A stretch of DNA of 64,000 nt from Thermodesulfobacteriota bacterium (GTDB taxonomy: Bacteria; Desulfobacterota_D; UBA1144; Nemesobacterales; Mycalebacteriaceae): NCBI GenBank assembly GCA_965226585.1, contig OZ245366.1, positions 1,248,001 through 1,312,000 of the forward strand, read 5' to 3'. This document shows positions 1 through 9,300 of this stretch, piece by piece; positions within the stretch are counted from its first letter, which is position 1; each line of letters opens with the position of its first letter. The position numbers and the translations under genes were made by a program. The notes beneath the pieces are model-generated. The model worked only from the letters and a program-made list of their open reading frames with translations, did no database searches and was not told the origin of the DNA.

Positions 1-1
1 G

Positions 2-2110
2 GCAAACACCGGATTTAAGACCGAAAAAAAATCCGCAATCACCTTCGCCCCCGGAGAGGGGGTGGCGGGAATGATACTTGAAACCATGCGCCCGTTTGTG
101 TCTATGAACGTGTCTCAGCACCCGAAATACAAGCCGGTTTTCGGCGCGGGCGAGGAAAAATACGATTGCTATCTCGGCATTCCCATTGTTTTGAACAACC
201 GCTGTGTGGGCGTTCTTGTGGGGCAGACAAGCGAGCATCGCCACATAACTCCGGCAGAGCAAACGCTTTTTGAGATTATCGCCCTTCGTCTTGCGGGGCT
301 TCTTGAAGTTGCCGACACGCTTGACCGTTTGCACACGCCTTCAATTCTTGAGCATAAGACCAGAACCTATCAGGGCACGGGGGCGTCTCCCGGAGTTGCC
401 GTTGGAAATGTGTTTCTCATAAGGGGGCTTTTCGGGCGCGCCGGCGCGGGATTTTCCGCCCCTTTGACGGTTGAGGAAGAGAAAAAACGCCTGCTTGAAG
501 CCGTCTTGCGTGTGGAGCGCGATATGAAGGAATTGATAGAGGTTTTGCGAAAAGACAACATTCTTTCGCCCGGAGAGGTGGAGATTTTTGAAGCGCATTT
601 GATGTTGCTTTCAAGCGACAGCGCAGATTCGGTTAGGGGTGTGATTCTCTCCTTTCTTGAAAAGGGCGGGGTTACGGCTGAGAACGCCGTTGTTCAGGGA
701 ATTGAGTCCATTGCCGGAAGGTTTGAGCATCAGGAAGACCGTTATGTGAGGGAGAAAGCGCAGGATTTCAGAGACATTGGCGAGAAACTGCTTCACGAAC
801 TTGTGGGGCTTAAAACGCCGGACGGCGCGGAGGCGGGAACGCAGGGCGGCGCGGTGCTTGTGGCTCCTGAAATAGGACCTTCGTTTGTGTCCATGCTTGG
901 CAAAAACAAGGCGGCGGGCGTGGTAACGGAGCGCGGCGGTGAAACTTCTCACGCGGTCATCATAGCGAAATCGCTTGGCATTCCCGTTGTGATTGGCATA
1001 GACAACATTTGCGATATGGTGAGTTCGGGAGACCGCGTTGTTGTGGACGGGCGCACGGGTTTTGTTTTTGTCAATCCTGATGAGACGCTTGAGAACGAGT
1101 ATCTGGACAGTGGAAGGCGGATTGAGGAGATACGCCACTTTTTTGAGACTGACAAAAAGGCGGGAGAAAACGCGCTTGGCATTTCTCTTACGGCGAACAT
1201 AGGTTTTCCTGATGATGTGGAGGCGGCTTTGCGGCACGGTGTTCGGGATGTGGGTTTGTTCAGAACGGAGTTTGCTTTCACGAGGTTTGAGAAATCCCCT
1301 GATGTTAAGGAGCAGACAAAAATATATTGTGATATGTCGAACCGGTTTGACGGGCACGTAACGGTGAGAACGCTTGATATCGGGGCGGACAAGATGCTTC
1401 CGTATTTCAACATTCCCGAAGAGGAGAATCCGCTTTTGGGGCTGAGGGCGATACGGTTTTCAATGGAGTATCTTGATTTGTTCAGAGACCAGATAAAGTC
1501 CATTGTTCTTGCCGCCGACCATGGGGCGCGGTTGAGGATTCTTCTTCCGATGGTGTCAAACATTTGGGAGGTTGAGACGGCGAAGCAGATAATGGATGAC
1601 GTTGCGTCTGAGATAGGGCTTGCTGAGGAGGATATTCCGGAGCTTGGCGTTATGCTTGAGGTTCCCGCTCTTGTGCCGCTTGTTGACGAGTACGCGAAGA
1701 TAGTTGATTTCATATCAGTAGGCACGAATGACCTTGTGCAGTATCTTCTTGCCGTTGACAGGAATTCAACCGCTGTTGGGCATCTTTACACATCGTTTCA
1801 CCCTGCGGTTTTGCGGGTTTTGGATGAGATCAGAAAAAGCGCGGACAAGAACGGGACAGAGGTTTCCATTTGCGGTGAGATAGCGGGAAGTCCGAAGGGT
1901 GCGTTGCTTATTTTCGCTCTTGGCTACAAGCATTTAAGTGTTTCCCCGTACAGAATTCCCGTTGTGCGGTTCATATCGAACCGTATTAAGAAGGGGGTTC
2001 TCGCGGATTTGAGGAAAGAGTTGATGCTTCAAAAAAGCGATGCCGATGTAGAGCGTCTGCTCGCAGACCATCTTGAGGAGATAGACCCCTCGCTGATGGA
2101 ATTGGGATAG
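2..2110 (+). CDS. ptsP: PEP-protein phosphotransferase with N-terminal GAF domain (EI-Ntr), 5'-truncated by the window edge
   Basis: Frame open from position 2 (..FAPGEGVAG.. GAF-like). Phospho-His motif GGETSHAVIIAKSLGIP, VGLFRTEF, EENPLLGLRAIR, DFISVGTNDL, SICGEIAG. Confidence 0.92.
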   Translation, partial: ANTGFKTEKKSAITFAPGEGVAGMILETMRPFVSMNVSQHPKYKPVFGAGEEKYDCYLGIPIVLNNRCVGVLVGQTSEHRHITPAEQTLFEIIALRLAGLLEVADTLDRLHTPSILEHKTRTYQGTGASPGVAVGNVFLIRGLFGRAGAGFSAPLTVEEEKKRLLEAVLRVERDMKELIEVLRKDNILSPGEVEIFEAHLMLLSSDSADSVRGVILSFLEKGGVTAENAVVQGIESIAGRFEHQEDRYVREKAQDFRDIGEKLLHELVGLKTPDGAEAGTQGGAVLVAPEIGPSFVSMLGKNKAAGVVTERGGETSHAVIIAKSLGIPVVIGIDNICDMVSSGDRVVVDGRTGFVFVNPDETLENEYLDSGRRIEEIRHFFETDKKAGENALGISLTANIGFPDDVEAALRHGVRDVGLFRTEFAFTRFEKSPDVKEQTKIYCDMSNRFDGHVTVRTLDIGADKMLPYFNIPEEENPLLGLRAIRFSMEYLDLFRDQIKSIVLAADHGARLRILLPMVSNIWEVETAKQIMDDVASEIGLAEEDIPELGVMLEVPALVPLVDEYAKIVDFISVGTNDLVQYLLAVDRNSTAVGHLYTSFHPAVLRVLDEIRKSADKNGTEVSICGEIAGSPKGALLIFALGYKHLSVSPYRIPVVRFISNRIKKGVLADLRKELMLQKSDADVERLLADHLEEIDPSLMELG

Positions 2111-2125
2111 AGGGGGAATTATGGT

Positions 2126-2531
2126 GTCATTCCTGCGGAAGCAGGAATCCAGTATTAATTAACCAGTTGAATACTGGATTCCGTGTCAGGCACGGAATGA
2201 CGGAAGTGGAGAAGCGTCATTCCGTTGCCTCCTCCGTCATTCCTGCGAAAGCAGGAATCCAGTATTAGTTAGCCAGTTGAATACTGGATTCCGTATCAGG
2301 CACGGAATGACGGAAGTGGAGAAGCGTCATTCCGTTGCCTCCTCCGTCATTCCTGCGAAAGCAGGAATCCAGTATTAATTAACCAGTTGAATACTGGATT
2401 CCGTGTCAAGCACGGAATGACGGGAGTGGAGAAGCGTCATTCCGTTGCCTCCTCCGTCATTCCTGCGAAAGCAGGAATCCAGTATTAATTAACCAGTTGA
2501 ATACTGGATTCCGTGTCAGGCACGGAATGAC
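2126..2531. repeat. Tandem array of four 76-bp composite palindromic elements, 110-bp period (2126-2201, 2236-2311, 2346-2421, 2456-2531)
   Basis: Unit GTCATTCC-TGCGRAAGCA-GGAATCCAGTATT-N13-AATACTGGATTCC-GTRTCARGCAC-GGAATGAC, separated by near-identical 34-bp linkers GGRAGTGGAGAAGCGTCATTCCGTTGCCTCCTCC. Confidence 0.97.
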
Positions 2532-2546
2532 GGAAAGGCAAGTATC

Positions 2547-2597
2547 TTGACCTACCCCCATTCTTGTCCATAGACTAATCTTTAATAGAGTTTGGAG
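2547..2597 (+). promoter_or_regulatory. Putative sigma70 promoter and RBS for the autotransporter cluster
   Basis: TTGACC (2547-2552), 18 bp, TAGACT (2571-2576); GGAG at 2594-2597 before ATG 2606. Confidence 0.55.
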
Positions 2598-2605
2598 CAC
2601 CTAAA

Positions 2606-5600
2606 ATGTCTAAAACCGCAACCACTCTTATTCTGCTTTCTCTCTTACTCGCGCTTGCCGCGCCGCCCTCTTATGCACAAACAGCAACAACCGTTGTAGT
2701 CAACGGCTCTGAAGAGCGGACGGAAGACGACGGAAGCAACACAATAGTGGCGGAAACGGTCAACATTGTGAACGAAGGAAAAGTGTGGGCAAGCGGAGAG
2801 AATAGTTCGGCGATTGCTTCGGGAAATTCGGGAAACGTTACTATTATTTCAGGAGACGGAACGGGAGAGGTTTGGACAACCATTAGCGGCGTTTCAACAG
2901 TGAATGCGACAGGAACGGCGGAAATCAAAAACCTGAAAGTGTGGGCTAACGGTCGCTCAAGCAATGCGGCTAAGGCGGCAACGGCAATAATCAACGGAGC
3001 ACAAGTTTGGACGAACGGAAACTTTTCAAGAGCCGTGTTTGCGACCACGGCGATTGTTCACGGCGCGGACGTTTGGGCTGACGACAGCATTGGAGGCATC
3101 GCTATTTACACACCGCTCGGAACAGCAACCGTAAGTAACAACTCGCAGGTTTGGGCTAACGGCGTTGGAGGCATGGCTATTTTCACACCGGGCGGAACAG
3201 TAACCGTAAGTAACAACTCACAGGTTTGGGCTGACGACATTGGAGGCATCACCATTTACGCACTGGGCGGGACAGTAAATGTAAGCAACTCGCGGGTTTG
3301 GGCTGACGACACTGGAGGCATGGCTATTTTTACAACGGTCGGGACAGCAACCGTAAGTAACAACTCACAGGTTTGGGCTAACGGCGGTGAAGGCAGAGCC
3401 ATTTACGCACCGGGTGGAACAGCAAATGTAAGCAACTCGCGGGTTTGGGCTAATGGATTTGGAAGCACCGCCATTATTGCGAATAACGTAGAGATTGAAG
3501 GTTCTGATGTTTGGACGGAAGAAGATTCCTCCGTTGTTACAATCAGCTCGGGAATTTCAAGCGTGAACAGTTCAAACCTTACTGCTTATAAGGACGGAAA
3601 GGTTTTTGCTCTGGACGCAAGCGAGGGCGACATTGAACTCAACCTTCACAACTCAACAATCGGGTTTAATGGCGCAGGCGGAGAGTTTTTTAAGATTATT
3701 GACACAGAAGACAGCGGAACAGTAAACATTCAATCCCGCAACTCATCTTTCTGGATGGGAAAAGAGAACGCGGCTGTTTTCTCAACCATAGTAGAGGCGA
3801 ACGGAACGGTAACAGACCGGATTGGTGAATTTGAACTGACAGACAGCATTGAAATTTCCGATATGAACAGAGTATGGACAAAAGGCAAAAACGGCGCCGC
3901 CTTCTCTCTTGACTACCAAGGGATGAATGATGTGAAAATCAGCGAATACTTCAACGCTCAACAGGCATGGACGGAAGGGGATAACAGCAACACAATCCGC
4001 ATAAATACGGGAACCGGAGATGTCTCATTCGCCACCACCAGCAAGATATGGGCAAACGGCGCGAACAGTTCGGTGATAAGTGCGGAAACCGGCGGCGGAG
4101 ATGCGAACATTGAAATAGGAGCAGACCATAGTGTCTGGACAAGCGGCGTGAATTCTGTGGCAGTTAAGGCAAAAGCAACCGGAGCGGGAAACGCAAGCGT
4201 CTACACCCGTGCGGGCGCAAGGATTTTCACAAATGCGGCGGATAGTGTGGCGGTTTTTATTCGGGCAGGCGGTTCGGCTGGAAGCAGTGGAGTAGAGTTA
4301 AACATTGGAAATGGCTCGGTTGTGTGCGGTGGTGTGTTTTCAGATTCAAGTGACTGCACACAGGGAGCAAATTCTTACGCCGTGCAGTTTGAGTCTGAGG
4401 AAGGAGATACAAAAATAGTAATCGGCGCGGGCGGCTCTATAGCGGGAGTGGTGTTGCTTTCAGAAAAACGCGATTTTATCTACAACAACGGTTCTTTCAC
4501 GGGTTCGGGAACAACCGGAGACGGTGATGATACGGTTGAAAACAAGGGAACTTTCACCCTCACCGGAGATTTTGACATGGGAGACGGTGAAGACATTTTC
4601 CAAAACAGGGGCACAATAAACGGCACGGGTATGGTCATATACGGTGACGATGACGAAGTTGGTGGGCTTTCTACGCCCGCCCGTCATTCGTCCGCGCCCT
4701 CCCGTCATTCCGCATCCTCCCCTTCCCGTCATTCCGTGCCTGACACGGAATCCAGTATTCAACTGGCTAACCAATACTGGATTCCTGCTTCCGCAGGAAT
4801 GACGGAGGGGGCAGGAATGACGGGGGAGGCAGGAATGACGGGGGAGGGGTCAGCAAGCGGCGACAGCCGTTTCCGCCTTTCCGCCGCCGCGCCGGAACGG
4901 GAGCCGGAACGGGTAACCATCAACTTTGGCGATGGCGATGACCATTTCATAAACGAAGGCACAGTAGTTCTTGGAGGCACGGGCGGCTTTAACGGCTTGG
5001 ACAAAATAACCTTCGGCGTGAACTCAACCCTTGTTGTCTCGGCAGACCCTGAAGAAATGAATGACAAACCGCTCATAGATATTGAAGGCGAGATAACTGC
5101 GGAAGATATTGAGGGTTTTAGAGTCAGGGTTGATGTTCCCGGAACGCACGTAACGGAATACACAATTTTTGAAGCGGATGACTTGCCGGACGGCGAGGAA
5201 AGGCAGGAAGTTGTGGAGCGTCTGAATGCGGAAATAGGCGAAAGGGGAAGTGTTCAGACAGATGGAGACGGCAATCTGTTTTTGACAGCAATATCGTTAA
5301 AAGACGCCAGTTTGGATATTTATGACTCTCTCATCCAATCCGCTTACCGCGCAGACAGGAGTTTTGCCACAAAACTTTCAAGCGGTTGCGGTTACGGATC
5401 TGCGGCGAGTGATGAGATAGACGGAGATTTCTGGACTGGTTGTGTGTGGGCAACATCGGGCGGAAGATACACACGTTATTCTTCAGCAATTAACTATGAT
5501 GAAGATGCCTATACCTTCACCGGAGGCGTTTCAGCTCCGTTCAACAGTATCCTTGTCTCGGTGGCAGGCGGTTATGAAATCTCAACCCTTGATATGGATG

Positions 5601-6271
5601 TGCTGACTGATGAAGGCAGGGCAGACGCAAGCGGAGAAGCGACAAGATTTATGGGCGGTATCTTTGCCTCCACAATAGTGGACAGATACATGGTTGACGG
5701 CAGGTTTCAGTATGTTTCTACGAGTTGGGAGTCAACCCGCTCTGATGGAGATAACCGTTACTCTGCGGATACAAACGCGACAGTATTCGGCGGCGCGCTT
5801 AGCGCGGCAATGCCGTTTTTGTCCGGCAGTTTCGCGTTATTTCCCCGCATAGAGATTGGAGCGTCTTATGTAACAGCGGGCGCGTTTGATGAGACTTCCT
5901 TAACAGACTCAGAAGAGGCAAGGGCTGATGCTTTCAAGGTAAAAGACACAAGTGAGATATTGGTATATGTAAGTCCGTCATTTGAGGCGCGTTCACCTTT
6001 GAGTGAAACGGTAAATATGAGAATTCGCGTGGGGGCGGATATACACATCTTGAACCCTGAAGCCGACCTTGAGGCAACTCTTGATGGCGGTAGCGTTCCC
6101 CGAAGCGGCGGGCAGGACCGGATAATGTTCAACTACGGCGCAGGTTTTGAATACACACCGTATGCTCCTCTGCGGGAATTGAGTGTAAGGATTGACTACG
6201 ATGGCGGAATGAGCGCGAGTTTTGATACTTTCGTGCAAGAGTTCAGAGGCGGCGTTAATTACAGTTTTTAA
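2606..6271 (+). CDS. Autotransporter-like outer-membrane/surface protein 1 (beta-helical passenger plus C-terminal beta-barrel)
   Basis: Sec signal peptide (..LAAPPSYA/Q), G/S/T/N-rich VWANG repeats, GDGDD-x-N-x-G repeats, C-terminal amphipathic strands ending in Phe (GGVNYSF). Confidence 0.85.
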   Translation: MSKTATTLILLSLLLALAAPPSYAQTATTVVVNGSEERTEDDGSNTIVAETVNIVNEGKVWASGENSSAIASGNSGNVTIISGDGTGEVWTTISGVSTVNATGTAEIKNLKVWANGRSSNAAKAATAIINGAQVWTNGNFSRAVFATTAIVHGADVWADDSIGGIAIYTPLGTATVSNNSQVWANGVGGMAIFTPGGTVTVSNNSQVWADDIGGITIYALGGTVNVSNSRVWADDTGGMAIFTTVGTATVSNNSQVWANGGEGRAIYAPGGTANVSNSRVWANGFGSTAIIANNVEIEGSDVWTEEDSSVVTISSGISSVNSSNLTAYKDGKVFALDASEGDIELNLHNSTIGFNGAGGEFFKIIDTEDSGTVNIQSRNSSFWMGKENAAVFSTIVEANGTVTDRIGEFELTDSIEISDMNRVWTKGKNGAAFSLDYQGMNDVKISEYFNAQQAWTEGDNSNTIRINTGTGDVSFATTSKIWANGANSSVISAETGGGDANIEIGADHSVWTSGVNSVAVKAKATGAGNASVYTRAGARIFTNAADSVAVFIRAGGSAGSSGVELNIGNGSVVCGGVFSDSSDCTQGANSYAVQFESEEGDTKIVIGAGGSIAGVVLLSEKRDFIYNNGSFTGSGTTGDGDDTVENKGTFTLTGDFDMGDGEDIFQNRGTINGTGMVIYGDDDEVGGLSTPARHSSAPSRHSASSPSRHSVPDTESSIQLANQYWIPASAGMTEGAGMTGEAGMTGEGSASGDSRFRLSAAAPEREPERVTINFGDGDDHFINEGTVVLGGTGGFNGLDKITFGVNSTLVVSADPEEMNDKPLIDIEGEITAEDIEGFRVRVDVPGTHVTEYTIFEADDLPDGEERQEVVERLNAEIGERGSVQTDGDGNLFLTAISLKDASLDIYDSLIQSAYRADRSFATKLSSGCGYGSAASDEIDGDFWTGCVWATSGGRYTRYSSAINYDEDAYTFTGGVSAPFNSILVSVAGGYEISTLDMDVLTDEGRADASGEATRFMGGIFASTIVDRYMVDGRFQYVSTSWESTRSDGDNRYSADTNATVFGGALSAAMPFLSGSFALFPRIEIGASYVTAGAFDETSLTDSEEARADAFKVKDTSEILVYVSPSFEARSPLSETVNMRIRVGADIHILNPEADLEATLDGGSVPRSGGQDRIMFNYGAGFEYTPYAPLRELSVRIDYDGGMSASFDTFVQEFRGGVNYSF
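3071..3460 (+). repeat. Intragenic 72-78-bp tandem repeats (VWA[ND]..GG.AI...GT..VSN(N)S[QR])
   Basis: Five full units plus the start of a sixth; DNA core GTAAGYAAC(AAC)TCRCRGGTTTGGGCT recurs. Confidence 0.9.
4728..4803. repeat. 76-bp palindromic element inside autotransporter 1, opposite orientation to the array
   Basis: GTCATTCCGTGCCTGACACGGAATCCAGTATTCAACTGGCTAACCAATACTGGATTCCTGCTTCCGCAGGAATGAC, translated RHSVPDTESSIQLANQYWIPASAGMT. Confidence 0.97.
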
Positions 6272-6300
6272 TACCCCTTCTGATTTGCGGAGGCAATGTT

Positions 6301-9300
6301 TTGTCTAAAAAATTATCCTGTATTATTCTGTCTACTCTCTTATTTGCATTTTCCGCGCCGTCATCCTCTTACGCGCAACCAGCAGTCTTCGAAATCTGTG
6401 GCGACAAAAGCATCATACCCAACGCAGTCAATTTAAGATGTATCTCCACAACCGGAAACGCAGTTATTATCCTGTACCTTCCTGGTGCCGAATTTACTGA
6501 AGACAGTGGCAACTTTAGTCTGCTCAACGCCACCGAAGCGGGTGCGGATGCAATCTTTAACACTCACGCTATAAAGATCACAACAACCCAAACAGGCGGA
6601 GATACTATAATTATCGGCGGCGCGGGAAACGCTGCTTTCAGAGCCGATGACGAAGCATTTACCATCAAATCTGGCGGCGGGAATGTTGTTACTATGACAG
6701 CCGGAACGGGTGATGCGAATATAGAAATTTACAATCAATCAAAAGTTCAAATTGAATCAACCGGCGGCGGGAACGGAATTGTCGCTTCAAGCGAAAGCGG
6801 AGATGTGTTTGCGGACTTCTCCAATCAAGGGAGAATCTATTCAGTTCAAGATGACGCGACCGGGTTTATCGCGACAACCAACGGCGGTGAAATCAGCGCG
6901 AATTTTGACGGTTTGTATTCAAGAATACTTATGTACCCCGTAGGCAATCACGGTGGCTCATCAGACGCCAAAGGCGCGACACTCACATCCACAAGCGGCG
7001 ATATAAGTGTTTTGCTTACAAACTCCTCGGCAATCCTCGCCCCGTCTCTGGGAGATTCCCACGGCTTGGAGGCGGTAACGGGAGGGGACGGCGACATAAA
7101 CATACATTTGCAAAATGGAAACGCCTGCATAGTCGGCAGAAACGGGGTTAAAGCCACTACTGTTGACGGAGATATAAACATATACCTGTCGAACGCGCTG
7201 ATTCGCGGCATAGGCACAGGCGGACGGGCTTTGAATGCAACATCTACAAACGGAGATATCACAATCACAGGCGATGGCACGGGCAATATCAACTCTGTTA
7301 GTAACGTCGTCTATCTTGACACCAGCGGCGAGGCAAACATCAGCGGTGTCAGAATCGGGACAGAAGCCGGTACGGCTGTCGAGTCAACGGGAAACCTGAC
7401 TGTTTCAAACGCAGAGATTTGGGCGAACGGCAATTCTAGCGATGCGGTGAAAGCACAGACGGTACATGTATCGGGCGGAATGATCTGGACTAACGGCTTT
7501 TCTAGCGAGGCGGTGAATGCACAGACGGTGTATGTATCGGGCGGAATGATTTGGACTAACGATTTGTTTAGCGATGCGGTGGAAGCACAGACGGTGCATG
7601 TATCGGGTGGAATGATTTGGGCGAACGGCAGCGGTGCATTGTCCTCAGAGACGGTGAATGTGTCGGACGGAATGATCTGGACAACCGGCGATGTTGATGA
7701 TGCGGTGTCCTCAGATACGGTGAATGTGTCGGGCGGAATGATTTGGACAATCGGCGATTCTAGTGATGCCGTGGACGCAGATACGGTAGTGAATGTGTCG
7801 GGCGGAATGATTTGGGCTAACGGCAGATCTAGCGAGGCGGTGAAAGCACAGACGGTGTATGTGTCGGGTGGAATGATTTGGGCTGACGGCTCCCATGGCG
7901 CAGCGGTGAGTGCACAGACGTTAGTAAATGTGTCGGACGGAATGATTTGGGCTGACGGCTCCCGTGGCACAGCGGTGAATGCACAGACGGTAAATGTGTC
8001 GGGTGGAATAATTTGGTCTAACGGCTCGAATAGCCATGCGGTGAGTGCACAGACGGTAAATGTGCCGGGCGGAATAATTTGGTCTAACGGCTCCGGCATA
8101 TTATCCAGTGCTGTGTTTCTCAGAAACATAGAAGGTCCAGCGGAGTTGAAGGTTGGAGGAGGCGCGGTTGTGTGCGGCGGTATACTTTCGGGTTCTGTCT
8201 GCACGGCGGGTGGCTCTGACGTGCATGCCGTGCGTGCTGATGACTTTGCAACCACTGGCGGAACGATAACAACCGAAGACGGCGGCAATATAACGGGCAG
8301 AATTTTGCTTTCAAAACACAACGATGTTTTCTACAACAACGGCTCATTCACCGGACACGGAAACACCAGAGGCGGCGATGACAGGGTTGAAAACAAGGGA
8401 ACCTTCACCCTGACTGGAGACTTTGAAATGGGTGAAGGCGATGACACTTTTGAAAACAAAGACAGTGGAATGGTAGTTTATGGCAACCACTCAATAATCG
8501 CAGAAACCAAGCCTGACCCACCCTCCACGCAACAATCCTCTCCTTCCCGTCATTCCGCATCTTCACCTTCCCGTCATTCCGTGCTTGACACGGAATCCAG
8601 TATTCAACTGGCTAACCAATACTGGATTCCTGCTTCCGCAGGAATGACGGAGGGGGCAGGAATGACGGAGGGGGCAGGAATGACGGAGGGGGCGGGAATG
8701 ACGGAGGGGGCAGGAAACAGCCGTTTCCGCCTATCTTCTGCAGACCCCGCCCCTGCGGACACAACCGCAACCATTAACTTCGGAGATGGCGATGACCATT
8801 TCATAAACAATGGCACAATCGTAATTCAAAACACAGGCGGATTTGCGGGGCTGGAGAAAATAACCTTCGGCGAAAACTCAACCGTAATGGTTACCGCAGA
8901 CTCTACAGAAATGACAACAGACAAACCCCTCATAGAACTTGAAGGCGAGATAACTGCGGAAGATGTTAAAGACTTAAACATAAAATTAGCCAACCCTGAA
9001 AGACATTCAGACGAATTTTCTTTATTCAGTGAAACCGCCTTGCCAGACAGCGAAGCCGAAAGGCAAGAGGTATTGAGCATGATAAGCGGCGGGCTTGGTG
9101 AAGGCAGTAGCGCGGGGATGGATTCAAACGGCAACATATTTGTTGTGCTTGCAAATTCCGTCCACTTTAACTACTTGAGAAACTATGACGCGATGATTCA
9201 ATCCGCTTACCAATCGGATAGTGCCTTTTCAGAAAAACTGCGAGGCAGTTGCTACGGCGGAGAGGCGGAAACACAAGATTTAAGCGGCGGCTGTCTCTGG

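Noticed and set aside
2126..2531. CRISPR array
   Set aside because: The 34-bp intervening segments are near-identical rather than unique, the repeat is 76 bp, it recurs inside genes, and no cas genes are in the window.
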